Assembly: GCA_002633005.1 (NCBI GenBank)
Contig: NMRA01000362.1
Coordinates: 124,001-188,000, forward strand
Direction: 5' to 3'
DNA length: 64,000 nucleotides
Origin: Phoronis australis
Taxonomy: Eukaryota > Animalia > Phoronida
Each line of letters starts with the position of its first letter. Positions within the stretch are counted from its first letter, which is position 1. Position numbers and translations under genes: made by a program. The notes under the pieces were generated by a model, which saw nothing but the letters and a program-made list of their open reading frames with translations, was not told the DNA's origin and did not search any database. This document shows positions 14,630 to 30,100 of this stretch, one piece after another.

Positions 14630-15162
14630 CGCAGTTCGAGATTTGTAGTTAAGCCTACCACAAGAGTTAAACCAAACACCGAGGAGTTTGAAATAATGAA
14701 ACATTAAGGCACTGCAGCCAGCAGCCTAATGCAACTTACACTACAAGACAGACAAAATATGCTTTTCCTGTCATGAGGGTTAATTCTGTTAACATCAAAA
14801 ATGACTGTGATAACAAGTATTCGACCAGCAAAGAGGCTTATCCTCTTACGGTAAAGTCGCGTGATTTTCGGACACTTAAAATTAGTTCCAATAGAAAAAA
14901 TTCATTCTTGGACGAATCTCGCGAAATATCATTTTGTGGTGTCCGAATTTGGCGGACCTCCAAATTTGGGTTTCCGCTAGTGTCCGAATTTCGTGGGTGT
15001 AACGTTCCTGTCATTACCCCTACATTATTGGTCAGGAAGACAACTCAGATGTCATGACAAGAAATTCAGGGTCATTTTGCCGGTATAATTTTGGCCTGTA
15101 CAACTGAACGGCCAAGCTGCAAGTGAAATCAAGAGATTGTCTTCCACCCTGACCATCGTACA

Positions 15163-18100
15163 TCACTGTTCTCCTTGGTTTAAAACCATCTGCTCCAAAC
15201 TATGAAGAAACTCCTCAAGTTCCTGAACATCGTTGTGAGTCTCACTGTAATTTGTTCGGTAGATGTCCAGTGCACGAACTACCTTCAACTTGGTCTCCAT
15301 AGCAACGCTGTTGGTGTATCGAACCGAGGCCAAGATATTGTACTGTATGGCGGAGAGTTTCCGAAGTTCATGTGCTGTTTCTATACTGCTGGCTCCAAAA
15401 ATGTCCTCTGTAATTTCAAGGCTTTTGGCAACATGCTCCGCCGACTTCCCATAGTCGCCTATTAAAATGAAACAGAAATAATTAAAGGTGTCTAAAAACA
15501 CGCCTTTCGTATATTGATTGCTATGAAATGATCTCAAGCAGTGATGCCTCTTATTTCTTTCCTAGACCAGAAAAACTATTAAAATGAAACAGCAATATGT
15601 TAAAACTGTTAAATTCTAAAAATCTGTTTGACTTTGACTATTTACCATTATGAAATGGTTTCAAGCGATGTTGCATGTCTTTTTTTCCAAGTCTAGACAG
15701 CCACCTATCCCCTTAAGTTAGGAACAAGTTGTGACCAGTCTTCTAGCTGTAAGTAACCTAAATCAAAAGTCAGTTCCTTTGACGTGTTGATGTGATGTGT
15801 TGATATGATGTATTGATGTGACGCGTTGATGTGATGTGTTGTTGTGATATGTTCCTGTGATGTGTTGATTTGATGTGTTCTTGTAGCAGCTTTAGAAGCA
15901 AGTGAGGGAAGGCATTCCTTATTCTGACAATGACGACTGTTTCTGTTAGAGACGGCATCACCAGAGAAGGTTAGCTAAACACAAGTTCAAAATTGTGCAT
16001 AGCTCTCTGTATTTTACTTCATGTAATTATTTCCGACTGGGCCCACTAGAAAGTCAGTGTATTAACTGAAGTGGGCACACAGTCTTTTAAAGATTCTGAA
16101 GTTTAAATAAATAAATAAATATGAGCAAGCTATCGATATTTTTCAGAAGGTGGTAAAACCTCCGTTCCTGCTTCTGTCCATGTTAGGGTGGTGAAATGAA
16201 CCAGGCTGGTCACCACTGAGCACTAAGTCGACCACTACGCAGCTATCATAAAATCAATAACTTAAGGTCGATCACTGCTATGATGCAAAAAAATAAAAAC
16301 CAGTTTTCTAGAATAGTCCCGAGGGCCCTTATCCACATATCCGTGTATTAAGCCAAATATCTGCAAAACTACAGAAATTCATTTGGCAAATTTTAATTAG
16401 TAAATATTTTTGGAAATTAAAACAGTAAACTTAAATTTTTGTTTTCACTAGTAAGTTTATACCAGTCTGCACGTGGATGGGTCATGTGACCATGTCTTTT
16501 TAGTAAAAAGGTTCACTCAAACCAAAACAATGCTATCAACATGGCCAAAGTTCTTTGGATATAAATGTTCAAGGTGAAATATCAAAAACATCACTACAGT
16601 TTTCTAAGTTGTCACTTCGTTTTTGTTTCTCACAACTTTTGATTTTTTCCCCATATCAATAGCCTCTAATTCAAAGAGGGAGCACTTTAAAAACAATTCC
16701 TGTCAGCCATTTCTAAGACATTCAGAAGTAAGCCTAAATTGGACATTTTTCTAAATGTCCTGACATAACTTTAATCAGCCTATAACTGGATTTCCATAGT
16801 TAGCCTGTCAATAGGTAGATAATACACTGCAAAAGTCCTTTCAACAAACACCTATGCCATCCTTACACACACACACACCTAGTGCTGCATAGCATTGTCC
16901 GACCATGTCGTAGGCTTGACCTAGGTCTCTGTTGAATCTGTACAAGCACCTCTCTTTCACCTGAAGTGTTTTGATCAGAGTGTTTATGGCATCTGAAATA
17001 CAACACGCACAGTTGGTGGACTGAAAAGAACTTATGACCACTTATTTACAGGCATATCACACATTTTATTGACCAAAAAGTACATGGTAGTGTTTCCACA
17101 TGTGAAAATCCAGTCACGTCAAGAGGACCACCCGAGCGTGACAAGGAGCCATTCAAACAAGTTCAGTTGCAACCATTGGCAAACAGCTCATGCCGACGTG
17201 TTAAAACAGGTCGTGGAGAGCACTGATATAAACATTAACATTACATATGACTCACATATAAAAGGAGAACAGAGTAAACTGAAGGCTAATGTTTGGATGT
17301 CTGAAGCATCTTCTACACTTCGGAAGGCTTACGTTGTACAAAACTGTGCCGTCACTGTAGTTAAGGGTACACACTACAATTTCTCGAATACAACGCCATT
17401 TATGACATTTGAACTATAGTACACTGTATATACACTGATACTTGTACGTCGTTTTAGCTCAAAATGCTGTGTCGTTATACTTCAGAATCTGTTCGCGCCT
17501 TAATTAGTCATACCAGCAGTTCAATAGTAAGAAGTTGAAAATTATGAAAAATCAGCATATTATATAGACAGTGATTGAGACTGTTTAAAAGCAGCTGACT
17601 AAAAACAGAAATATTTAGACCTTTTACTCGTAAAATATATCTGATAATTACATTCCTTATTATAAGATTTTCAATTTTTCACCACTGAACAGGATGACAT
17701 GTCGATTTAACATAACATGTATTACACGTATGCCTACACGGTATACTTCAGTAACCTCAAAAACCTGTACCTTTATAATTGCCATTATTGAGACATTGCA
17801 ACGCCACCTGACACTCGTGATCCGCCCTAGTGACTGCGTTCAGCTGTTCAGTGACGTCACTCTCCCTTCCACAGTCGAGACAATGTGAGGTCATAGGCTC
17901 CCCAGGATTCACCAAGGCACCTTCGCAGTGAGGGCACTTGAACGCCTAGTCAACAAAATACGTAAAACATGACGTATTTGAGCATTCACTGTGAGTTACT
18001 TCACTCTAAAGTCTTAGAAAATACGAAAATCAAGTTTGTTGAAGCCTAATAGAAGAGCGCCTTGTATTAATATTCAACTCACAACAGACGCATGGTGGAA

Positions 18101-21100
18101 ATCAGGTGGGTCAAAAATCTAAAACATGTTTTTTGAGACAGTACAAATTTTCAACATTACATTCAGAACCTGGAAAACCTTGCCCTATCGGTAACCATTG
18201 TTGTACAAGCTAACTACATGTAAACATAACAAATCGTTTCCTTAAAACAAAGTTTAACATGACCCCCAACATGTCTTCCTAATGGATGATTTAGTGGTGT
18301 AGCGGTTAGAGTACTAGAATGACAATCTAAAGGTCCTTGGTACAATTCCAGCTGGTTCTAAAAAAAGTAGCCACCTTGAGTGCACTATATACCAACACCG
18401 TGCCAATGTATATAGGCTACAGGTTGGTATATATACACATGTACTAGACAGATAGATATTAAAAAGCATATCCCCTATTTGTGCGTGACAATGTGGTTTG
18501 TTGGTTGAAGTGAAGTGAGCCAACAAAAATTGGAAAATGATTGCCAAGCTTAAACACTACTTGCCAAGCTTTAACACTACTTGCCAAGCTTAAACACCAC
18601 TTGCTAAGCTTAAACACTACTTGCCAAGGTTAAACACTACTTGCCAAGCTTAAACACTACTTGCCAAGCTTAAACACTACTTGCCAAGCTTTAACACTAC
18701 TTGCCAAGCTTAAACACTACTTGCTTGAATGGAATAATACATATGTTTTTGGGTTAATAGTTAATCAAACCAGTAAAAGTGAATTCGGAGTATTCGAGCA
18801 ACAACATTAATATCGAGAAGAAAACAAATAACAAATTTTCTTCCGTCTACATTAAAGCTGTTATTAACCTCGTTCTGCCAACGAAAGAAGCATTTGACAG
18901 AGACTACTTATTGGCTCAACTTGTACATGTACCTGGTCTTAAAAATAACTGACTGTTTGTATTGGTAAAGGCTAAGCACGGCGCCTATAATGACCTACAG
19001 TGGCAAGCCAAATTGCTCAGCCTGGGTGAAGGAACAATTTGTGACCGATTTCAAAACCTTTTGTTTAGACAGAAGGCCGGCATATAGCAACTTGAAGCAC
19101 TTATAAGTACAACAGATTCCAAAAAAGTAAGTAAAGATTCACACCTTTGCATTAAAATTACTCGGGTGCTTGGACATCTATTGTATTCAATATAAACTTG
19201 ACAGGGTCAAAATTCAACAGTTTTCAAGCACAGAAATGGGATTGTCTATTCGGATCTGTCAAATTCTTGACAAAATCTCAAGAAGTGTCGCTCCAGGTAC
19301 TCTGAAATTACAACAAGTTGTGGTGCTGATCCATTCACAAAAATTAATAAAGAATTGAGGACTAGGCCTAGGAGCGTCACAATAAATTTTTACAAAAGAA
19401 TTCAACTTAATTACTGCAAATATTTATCAATTGTCAGATGTGTCAAAGTTTGGCAAAGTTTGACAGAATTCGGTCGAAGTCTCACTAGTATATTTTGAAA
19501 ACTACCACAGATGACGGCAAGGGGCCACTAAGGACAGCTGATGTATGATCCACTTCTTGGGCAGCTGGTTTATTTTTCACCAAACAACGTTCAGAAAGTG
19601 CGGGAGCTGTGTCAGTCCCCGAGTGTACTGTCCAATCCCCGGAATTTCTCTTTCAAAGGTCGGGATTCATGTTTTTCAGGTTGCTCAGCTGTTTTGAAAG
19701 AGCGAGAGTCTGTTTTCAACACCCGGATATCAGTTTCCGCCGGGTTCCAGTTTCGATGGACCACCCTGAATTAAAAACTGAACAAACACTACGACCTCTC
19801 AGTGAGTCAATGACAAAGCAACCGGAAGAGACGTCATCAAATTTTGAGTGAAATCACACATACCCGGCTCAGTACACTTTTTTTAAACGAATAAGGTACA
19901 TTACGCATGTGCAGACTTCTATTACACGAGACTCTCCACCTCAGTCATTCTTACAGCCCTACGCATTAGTGTCCATAGACAGAAGCTAGAGTAAAGAGAA
20001 CCATTCACACTTAGTAAGTACCTGGTAAACCAAAGCCTTGTCCGCATCCACCAAGCATGCGTCACACTCACAGTCAAAAAAGTACTGATCCTTGAGAGCC
20101 TGTTGGCGAGACGCACGCTCCATTCTTTTGCTGTTAGGACCTGTCATGAATGGAGAATAAATTACCTGCTTCACATTCTCCGCTCATTACGAAGTAAGAA
20201 AGTTCAGTTCGACAACTGCAAGAATATTTCTCAGTTTTCCAATGAAAAGTTCTTAGGTGACAGTAAGTTAATCTTTGAAATCGTTGACATAAAGCCACAC
20301 ACAAGATATATTGTGTCAAGTCAAAGTCAACGGTATTATTAGCTGAGTTTAGAGAATAATGAGATACAACTATGAAACAATCCAGTGACAGAAGTCCCAT
20401 TTTTCCAGTTAACATTCTAAACAATGACTAACACTTGTCTATAACTAGTTCCATTCAAAATAAGAAAGTCTCAACCGCTCCTAATTTTGAGGCCATTCAC
20501 TTGGAAAAAATTGCCAAAGGACAAGGATCCCTCTAAGTGAGAGAGGACCCAGTGCCCAGTTGCATGAAACAGTCCCAAACAGGGCCTAGACTAAGATCGC
20601 TTCATCTTTTGTGCAACTTGTTTCGTTCAATACTCACACATCTGATATTTTTTCAATCATTGTATCTTTAGTCTGTGCTCCTGCTTGAGTAATGACATTT
20701 TCTAGCAAATGACAAAAAACTGAGAACTTGATCCAGTCAAAACAACTAGGGATTTCAGTCCTTAAATTATGGGAGTTGCATGAAAAGATCCCATTAGCAA
20801 CTTATTTTCAATAATATTGAGAGTTCACTCTCGATTTGCATCAAAGCCAAATACGGACATGCAGTAGATTTAGGGAACTTGGACGAGTCCCTATTTCGGA
20901 CACAGGCATCCATACAAAAGAGGGCCACTCATAAGGCTTTACAGTAAGTTTTTTAGTAAGCTGCATAAATAAGAGCTGGCATTTCTGAGAAAGAGATTAC
21001 AACTATAAACAATGTCATTAGGGAGAGGATAATTAAGCTTCGTAAGGAAAGAAAGGCCATCTTGATCATACTGGCCTACCACTGACTAAGTAATCACTAA

Positions 21101-24100
21101 GACTAGTTTTTCAAGAAAATTAGTCATTTGACCTACCATAGCAATTGAGGACTTCATCACCGGCTTCAAGATCTTTGACAGCCCGCACAATGAGAAGATT
21201 GTTTTGAAAACTGAAAGACGAGCCAAGATGCTACCTTGAAATGTACTAAGCCCAGTGTATCATAACATACAATGTAGGGTAGGCTGTTTGGTTAGCTATT
21301 TCCTGTGAGGAGACCACATGTCTTCCAGTATTCAAGCAAGGAGTGCATGTTTTCCTTCACAGCTTTTATCACATAATAAATGTGTTGATCAGCAGGAATC
21401 AAACTACCAAATCCAGTCATGCTTAATGTACCCAAAGTCAAAGGAAGTTGTCATGAAATGTTTAATGCAACCTAAAATGGTCAGATTTAAAAGTTAGTGT
21501 TCAACACATCAAAATTGCTTTTACTAGACATATCCATTGTGGGAAACCACCCAACTTAAGTCAAAATTACAAAAAAAAATCGTGGCTCAAAAAATAAGCT
21601 TGTGCACGAATTTGGACAAAACTGTGAACGTAAGCCCATTTGGGTCCACTTTAGTTCCAGCAGTTTTCCACTATCTTACCTAGATATGATATTTGGATCA
21701 CACGAATGATTCATGAGACTAGCTGTAGGGTAGATTGCTGTAGCTATCCTGACCTGACTCAGGCTGTCTACCAAGCTGGTGTCTGTTGTCTGTGTTACCT
21801 GCAGGCCAGTGATAGCGTGAGCGTTGCACACGAGCTGCAGAACGTGCCGCAGCAGTAAACTACCCACGTACACCTCGTCCTCTGCAAAGGTGTCTGGAAT
21901 GCAAAGCACTTGAATAATGTGCAAGTGAATTTTAGACTATTTTGTCCGATATGTTTTAATATGAACTATGCTAACAATAAAAGTCAGGAGTTTGAACGCG
22001 TTAAGATCAGTGTAGTCAAATTTAACTAGAACGGAAGTATTAACAAATTGTGTTAACTTAACATGCCTAAACTGAATGCATTATCACAGAACTTTCCAAA
22101 GCAACAATAACAAACAAGCTTGGAAGCATGTCCCCATTTAAAATCATGAGAAAAGAGAATGTTTAATATTTACTATTAATATTAAACACCACGGAATAGG
22201 AGAAAAATATTTCAACAGAAAAGAATAAAACCACTAAAACTCTTCCATGTAGTGCCATGAAGGGGATTTTGCATTTGAGGCGGGTCCTCCTTTCATTAAT
22301 GATTAAACCACCTAGGGCCCTCAATCACCTAAGGGGAAAGGTGCTTGTGCCTGACGAGGGATAAATCCTCCTTGGCAAAGGTTCAAGTAGTGCAAATTAA
22401 CATTTTAAAGAAACCATTCCAACCTTGAGGGGAATTCTTTAATCATAATGAGTCTGGCCAGAAGCAAATCATTGCTACGTTGAATGATGTGATTGCATTA
22501 GTTAATAAGCTAAAACAACAGAGTATAAGACGACCAACCTAAACTCTTTTGCCCGTCGATACCAAAACAGCCAGCATGTTTTAAGCACTTCAATAACAGA
22601 ACAGCAGTCTGAAAAGAGAATGACTTTCACGTATTACCATACTCTGAAACATTTACTGCATGATTATGAATTAGTCACGGATATTTTGACAATAGCCACA
22701 TTTTGAAAGCCAGTTTTCTAAACTGAATAACGACCGTCAAGCTGGTTCTCAAAACTTCGTACACCTGTGAGTTAAATTTTTCTGAAGAATTCTGTTAAAA
22801 CATCATTAAGTCAATAACTTTTTGTGTGTAAGGGGGTAGAATACAATTCTATTGTTTTTCCTTATGGTGACTATTTCATAAAAACAGCTGTTGATGAGAC
22901 TGCAGCATGAGGAATGTTTATCAAAATGTAATGTACTGGCCCTTTGCCCTCTTTAAATACCTCAGAACATGTCAGATTGGTGGCTTACAGACAGAATCAG
23001 AGACATAGAATCAATATCAGGGCACTTCCTACACACAGGTCAGGGAATTCTGCCTGGCAACTGGTTGCCCTGCCTACCCTGGCAAGACAAGCAACAGTCT
23101 GACAAGAGCCTTGTATTACGTCTCAACTACAGTTGACATTTGGGTCAGGAATCCATTAGTCATGCTTTGACAACCGATTTGGATTTATGATAACACAAAC
23201 GTCCTCAGTTGGGAAGTACAATTAGGTTACTAAATTTGAACTTAATATGAGATTTAAGGATGATCTTTGTGAAACTAAACATCATATACTTCCTGTTCAT
23301 TCTCCAGTAGCACAATGAGCTTGGCATCAGCAAAGTGATTTACAAAAAAGCATAGTTATTGAAAGAAGCAAAAGAGGGCAGCACTCACCAGGCTATAATG
23401 GAGCAAGTCCTCACTGAGCATGTCCTTGGAGTGGGTCATGAGGTCATACACTGACAAGTAACCATGCTCGTATTTGCCATTCTCTGACAAACCAGGAATA
23501 TGCTGAGAAGCATCGGTGGCCCTCACAGTATCTCTGAAACCTGCAAGAATATGGCATGAGAAACTAAAAGTGAATTCTGGGCTACTATCACAGAGACACC
23601 TTGTGTCAAAAATGTGTCCACCTGGGAAATAGATCTTAATAAAAATTATAGAATTCTGCATAAACTCTTCACTCATCCAATAAAGGGAATGTAACAAGAT
23701 GCCAACCAGCTAAACTACTTAATAACAAATAACCCAAAGATTTGTTGCTTATAGATTTTATAGCACAATGTCATTTCGGCAATTTTGTTATGAAACCAAT
23801 TTGCTAAAATAGACCATGTCAGAAAAGTGCATCACTGGCTGACACAAACATGGATCAGACAGCGGGAATATTGTTTAGAAGGATATGCAGATGAAAGAAA
23901 TCTGCGACACTGAAAGATTCCTACTGTACAACAAACAAGAGCTAAGTACTCAGACCCTGTCAACAGCATTCAGAGGAATGCATTTAAACAGACACGCCAA
24001 CAAACAATGCAGTTCTATAGTGAATCTGTACCCGCAAACTCCATTGCTGTGTCTACTAACCGCAAATCTCACCGATTTCTGACAAAAACTGATATTATTT

Positions 24101-27100
24101 TTCTTAAAGGAGTTCTGCAATTGTTATGAAGGCCAGCATTTTTCAAAATACGATCAGATGGTAGCTATGACCCTAAACTGTGGAAAACAATAAAGTGACT
24201 TTGTTTTTATACACCAAATTTATGCAGGCACTATTTTAAAACTGAGCCTCTTTTTTAGGTTTTAAAAACAATACGTTCTGCGCGATCACAGCACAAAGCG
24301 TAATTTTTTCACATGCCTCGTTACATTCATGTTTTTTAAACCTAAAAAGAGACTCACTACTAACATGGCGACTGTGCGAATAAGGTCTACAGCTGAAAAT
24401 GCAATTTTAGGATTATTGCTGGATATAATAAACTTGTTGAAGTTCTTTGACCAGAACTACAAAACAATAAAATCTGTAGTGCTAATGACGATTTCATCAC
24501 AAATTACAAATTCAAACACTCGCTGAAATCCAGATGGGGTCAACAACTTTGGCAGTTAAATTCACTTAAAATACTGTGTAGTCGTTTATGGGGTGCGTTT
24601 TTGCTACACAGCACAGCAATTGGCTGCAAACACAACGGTACCAGATTAGAATCAGTGCTAACAAAGATGTCAGAAAATTACTTTTCTTGATAATAACGTC
24701 ACTTTAATTTGGTGCTACAAATATGTCATGAAGAAATGAAAAAAATTGAATTTCCCTTGTGCATCATGTTTATCCTAATCTGATGAGATTTTAATGGTGA
24801 ACATGCGTTCTAATGCTGAAACTGAAATGTCAAGTTGTCCATTCGAATCATAAGAAATTTCAGCCGGCGTAGAGTTTTGGTGTGGTAAAGAAGCGATCAA
24901 AATAGCAATCAGAAGTTTCAAGTAAAAAATCAAGAATGACACTTCAAAATTGTGATTACAACGGTAATTCAAATGGTGATTATTAACGTATTACACGCAA
25001 AACACCATACAATGTGATTGTGTGGACTTTCTCAAATGTGTGATCAAGAACAGAAATTAATAAAGCTTCCAGTTAAGATGATTAAAATCTTATAAAAGCG
25101 ATTGTTAAATGTGATTCCACACAACACTCACTGTATAAGAACTTTAATCCTGCTGTCAGTATGATGCGCATACTCAATGCAACGATTCCAACGGAGTGCA
25201 GTAAGTTGTGGTACCGACACTCCACCTGGTGGTAGACATTCCAGGACTTCAGGCGACACTGGTCTGAGCAGTACCGCACCTCTAAACACTGCTGACATCT
25301 AAAAGTAAAAAGCGGAAGATTAATTAAATAATTAGTCTAATTAAATAATTAGTCTTATACCTGAAGCTGTATTGAGCGTAATATGACAATTAGACCACGC
25401 AAATGAGTAGGTGGTGCAGTGTTTTTCGTTGCTCACTTTTAAGATGAGCAAAAATGATGAAATTTTTTATCGATCACTTAGATAATCATGATGTAAAAAA
25501 CCTTGCTTACATGTGTTTGTGCAACTTTTCAATAAAAACACAAGATCTTGGCTCAAATTGATGCAGATCCATCTATGCTTTTCTGGACTTACATTGGGCT
25601 GTCCCATTTCAACCAATGGTGAGTTTCGAATGTTTGGATGAATTTTGTTATCCTCATAAAGAAAGAAGCTAAGTAAAAAACTTCTCGTTTTCTATGAAAG
25701 CTCAGAATTGATAGAGTTGGGTTAACTGCTTCAATCGTATTTCATGAGACCATTTTGACCCGCCAATGTACAGTAGTGCTCAAAATAACTTAAACAATAA
25801 TGTACAGGGTACAAAAATCTTCAATTTACAGATCACGTACCACAGAAACTTACATTAACGATACACAACCTGCCTTTATTTAAGTGTGTTTGGAAATGTA
25901 TTCACTTTCTAACCCCAGAGCTGACCTCTCTGAACATCAGTTAGACCATATCCACGGTAAGTTGGATAATTAGGATTATAATTAGGATAATTATAATTAG
26001 GATTATCATTGGGATTATAATTAGGATTATAATTAAGATTACATTATCCCTTAATAAGCAGTAAATCTTTCAATTCAGCATCACTTTTTCCAAAGCTAGT
26101 ACAAAAATGACAGAATATTACAATCCTTGTAAATCAATAAGTCAACAACATTTTTTGGGCTGGCCACGCAGCAAGCTTCGGTTGGACTAGACCACCTCAT
26201 TGCAAATACCAGAAAGCACTAAGCTGATTGCATATCCTGAATGTGAAGAACAGTCAGGTAAGACTTGGGCATCATGATGACTAATGAAACCTGCGATTAC
26301 TTTAACTTTCACGCAAAGGAACAATTCTACAGAACTATTTAATAATATTGCCCAAAGTGAACTATTTCCGCACCACACTATGATGAGAAACCGTCAACAT
26401 AGAGTCTCCAACCAAGTGATAGTTATAAAAATCACTGACTTTCAGCAAAGTCAATATGCTGGTTTTCAGACCCCAGAAGTGTGTCAAAGCCTGTCGTCTG
26501 GACACTTTTCAAGCGTAGGTACCACGGTTACAGCTCCAGTTTTCAAAATATACAGAACAACGTTGATGTTTTACCAAGCAAAAGTAACAGGCTAAATGAC
26601 CCGTTCACAATACAATATACTTTAATTCCGGCCAACTTACACCACAGTTTGTACATGTATCAAAGTAGTGACTCATGATTTACTTGAATTAGCAGGAACC
26701 AAAAAACATCAAGTTACAAGACAACGGCAGTTGCAATATTTTTTTCACGGAAGGAGGTATGCCTCATCTCCGAACAATTTTGATGGGTTAAAGACTGGCA
26801 GGGATTTGTAGAAAGTTGACGGAAATCTATCCAGTTTAAATCAAAATCTACAGTGGCTGTAGATCACCTCATCTGAGCGCATTACTCACGGGAAGACTGC
26901 TGACGACAGCTCACAGTAGCAGTGTTGGCAGTGGGTGTCGTAGTGGTCAGGCAGAAGGACGGCAGCGAATGGCTCTTCCACAATGAGGGTGTCGCCACAT
27001 TTGACCTCCTGCCGAGCCTGGAGAGTAAGTTTATAACTTGTCAAAGTCCAAAAGAACAATCAGGATTTTTCAATTCTAAGCTTTTTGAGTTATTTACCAA

Positions 27101-30100
27101 CTGTTAATATTTATGAGAATTGCCACTGGGTTTCAATATGCCAAGTAGAAAAGTTGCTAAAAAACAAATACAAAGACAATCTTTTATAACTTTATTTAGC
27201 TTGTACAATGAAAACTGTTTAAATTTAAGTTTAACTGAGATAGTTGATACAAGCATAATAAATATAAAGGATAGGTTCTAGAGCACTTTATTGCAAAGTC
27301 ATTTTTTTGATGAAACAACGTAAAATTTAGATTACAGTTGAAAACACTTTTAATTATTTAATAGTTACAGAAACGTATGTGAAGCTCCCTTTGATCGAAA
27401 GTAGATGGAATTACTAACACTTAACACAAAAACGATCTTTAGGCCTTAAAAAGGGCCCTTAATCACGAGCACCACCAAGGGATTACCAGTACCCAATTGC
27501 AGTCACATTGCCATGACTAGTTTAAACTTACGACGAGGAACCTGCCCTGTTTTTCATTCCGTCTCATCTCCACGTGACTTGAAGCCTGCACTATGACATC
27601 ATTGTTACCGTGACTAACTGAAGGACGTGCGGTCAGTGCTGTATCGTCCCTATAGAAGATAATGAGGTGAAAAGACTCACAAGGCAAATATGTCAACTCC
27701 AAAAATGACAAGTTTCAAAACTAAACAACCATGCTTTGTTAGGTAAAAGCCACTCAAAGTAGAGGTTGATTTCATTACATTTCACAGGGTCTGAGCGTGA
27801 ATTTACAAATTATGTATTTTATAAGTTTTGGCAAAAGTCGCCATTCTGTTTGAATGTATAGAAACTTTGTAAGAGTGTAACATAGTGAAAAAGGCCCCAG
27901 TAGCAGACGCTTGGGTTAGGTAGGCCTATAGCGATAATCAACGGTCGGAATTTTTCATACCATGTATTCAGCAGGAAATGTGCAACCAGGTCAAATAGGG
28001 GTACACTGTTAGTCAGGTATCTAGCTCCTCAGCTCGGTTTTAAAAAAGCTATAAAATGGTTCCAGGCAATCAGTGCAATGGGCCAACATGTGCGGCCTGC
28101 GCATGTCTGGTACAATGTGTACCAGACCGCCTGCAATGATTTTAATAAATAGATTGAAGCCAAAATGTCATGGGATACAAAGATTATTTCCTAGGTTACT
28201 GTCCTACAGGCTCGAATCACTTTATACAAAGCACCAGCCGAGGAGATTGTTAAAGTACGTCAGTAGAAAATTATGTTCCCAAATGTCTAGAATTCAGTCC
28301 CAAATGTTAACATATTAAAGAAGAACAATTTATTAAGTACGGAAATAAATTCATTAATACTTTTAGCAACAAAAATTGCCATGAAAGGAATCATACCTTG
28401 ACACCCACACCGGTCAAGTTTGGGCAACTCAACCAGTTCACTAACTTCTGAATCTGTCGGTGTCTTAACACAGCCATACAGCAACAGACCATTAAGACAG
28501 CCGAGGACACAGCAGGCTGCTAGTAACCTGCTGATGTTATCTAGATAGGCTTACTCGTTTGTCTACAGTCTACACTTGAGCCAGCATTAGATTCTACTTC
28601 GCATTTAGTCTTGGCTCGCTGTGCAACCTAATGAGCAATTATTGAGACACATAACCCAGCAGGCAACAGTTAAAAATTCTGGAAAGCCAAGTGATACCAT
28701 AAGATTCTTGGCAGTCAAGCAGTTTTCGGCATTTATATTTTGTAATAAGTAATTGATAATCGACAAATTTAAGGTGCTAGGATTTCAGTCAGTGGCCACA
28801 AAAGGTTACTAAGCAGAGCACTTACTTTCATGGAGAACATACCATTCAGGTTGAACATTGCGTAAATAACCCCATATTTCGCAGACTGATCAAACAAACC
28901 AGTCAAACGAAGCAGTTAATAAATGAAGGTTTCCTATAACAATTTAGCTCATGAGCATTTTCGCTAAACCTCCTTTTTCAATGTCTTCTAATTACCGATT
29001 GCCTTTAGCTGGTAACCTTCGTAATGTCTCAGCTTCTAGTTTTATAGAATCTGAAAATACAAACACAAGTGTCTCGATAGTACAATGTTTTTGAAAATCA
29101 ACTGGATGTCAAAAATTGGCACATAATGGTGACTGATTCCATTTATTTTCGACTAAAATTCGTTTCAAATCTACCTAAATTTTGACACGTGTTGCTTTAT
29201 CCACGTTGCTGAAATGACTTACAACTCAATTCCATCAGTCAAGTATACACTCAGAGGCTAGGTACCATAATGTCGCATAAAATTCCTTTAGTCCGACCGA
29301 AATACAATTTTAGTGGCAAATTTTCAGCTTAACTGCCAAGTAATTCTGGCATAATGTTCATCGAAGTTTGACAGAGTTTAGCCAAAACCTGTCTAGTTTA
29401 TTTTTAAAAGTACTATACTGACTACTAATAACCCAAAATCTAACAACCCACATCCAACTGAGCCAAATTTTTGCCATCTTCACAATTATAAATCATGCCC
29501 TTTAGGGAGGGAGGGTTAAGGTATGTCATAATGTGCTTGAATATCAGCACAATTTATTGATACTAGGAAGATTTGGACTCCTGTGAAAAGGTTGTTGTAC
29601 ATGTAGCACTCAGTGACGGCAGATGACATACTAAACGAGGAAGACAACTGTTGTTTTCACTTAGTATATTGTTTTAACCTTGAAAACTATCAAAAGTTGT
29701 TAACACTTTCAGGGAGAGTTTTTTTTTTGAATGAAATATGAGTGCAGATTAAACATCAAGCAGCAGATTAAACACCAAGCAGCAAATGTTCATAAAACAA
29801 AACAAAACCTATACCTTTTTTACTTTGATCAATATCTGAACATTCCAGACTTTTTAATGCTTTATCCAATTCTGAAAAGCAAAGGAAAATTACTGTTAAC
29901 TAAATGTACACGCCCCAGTCACTCAAGGAGAGTCCAAATAAGCAGCAAGCAGTCATTTGCTGATCAGTCAATGTTTCTTGCTCAGTGCAGTGTCACATTA
30001 AGAGCCCATAGCTCTGGTTTGTGTTAGGGAGTGTAAGTCATTGGCTTGCTTTTTTACCGTTTCAACTATAGTAGGCATGATTACACCACCCCGACTAAAT

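Noticed and set aside
18288-18360. Functional tRNA gene
   Set aside because: The T-loop/B-box (GGTACAA rather than GGTTCGA) and the acceptor stem are degenerate; kept only as a SINE-like remnant.
18541-18724. Regular 20-bp repeats (and the 23-bp repeats at 14538) as a CRISPR array
   Set aside because: Head-to-tail units with no unique spacers, eukaryotic context and no cas genes; these are ordinary minisatellites.
25963-26041. TTAGG-containing repeat as an interstitial telomere
   Set aside because: The unit is a 12-mer TTAGGATTATAA, not (TTAGGG)n or (TTAGG)n.
29731-30027. Paired plus-strand 98-aa ORFs (also 33260-33556) and the paired 63/64-aa ORFs at 30293 and 30737 as gene families
   Set aside because: They are by-products of the duplication and the inverted repeat; the first pair is antisense to SMYD4 exon 5.
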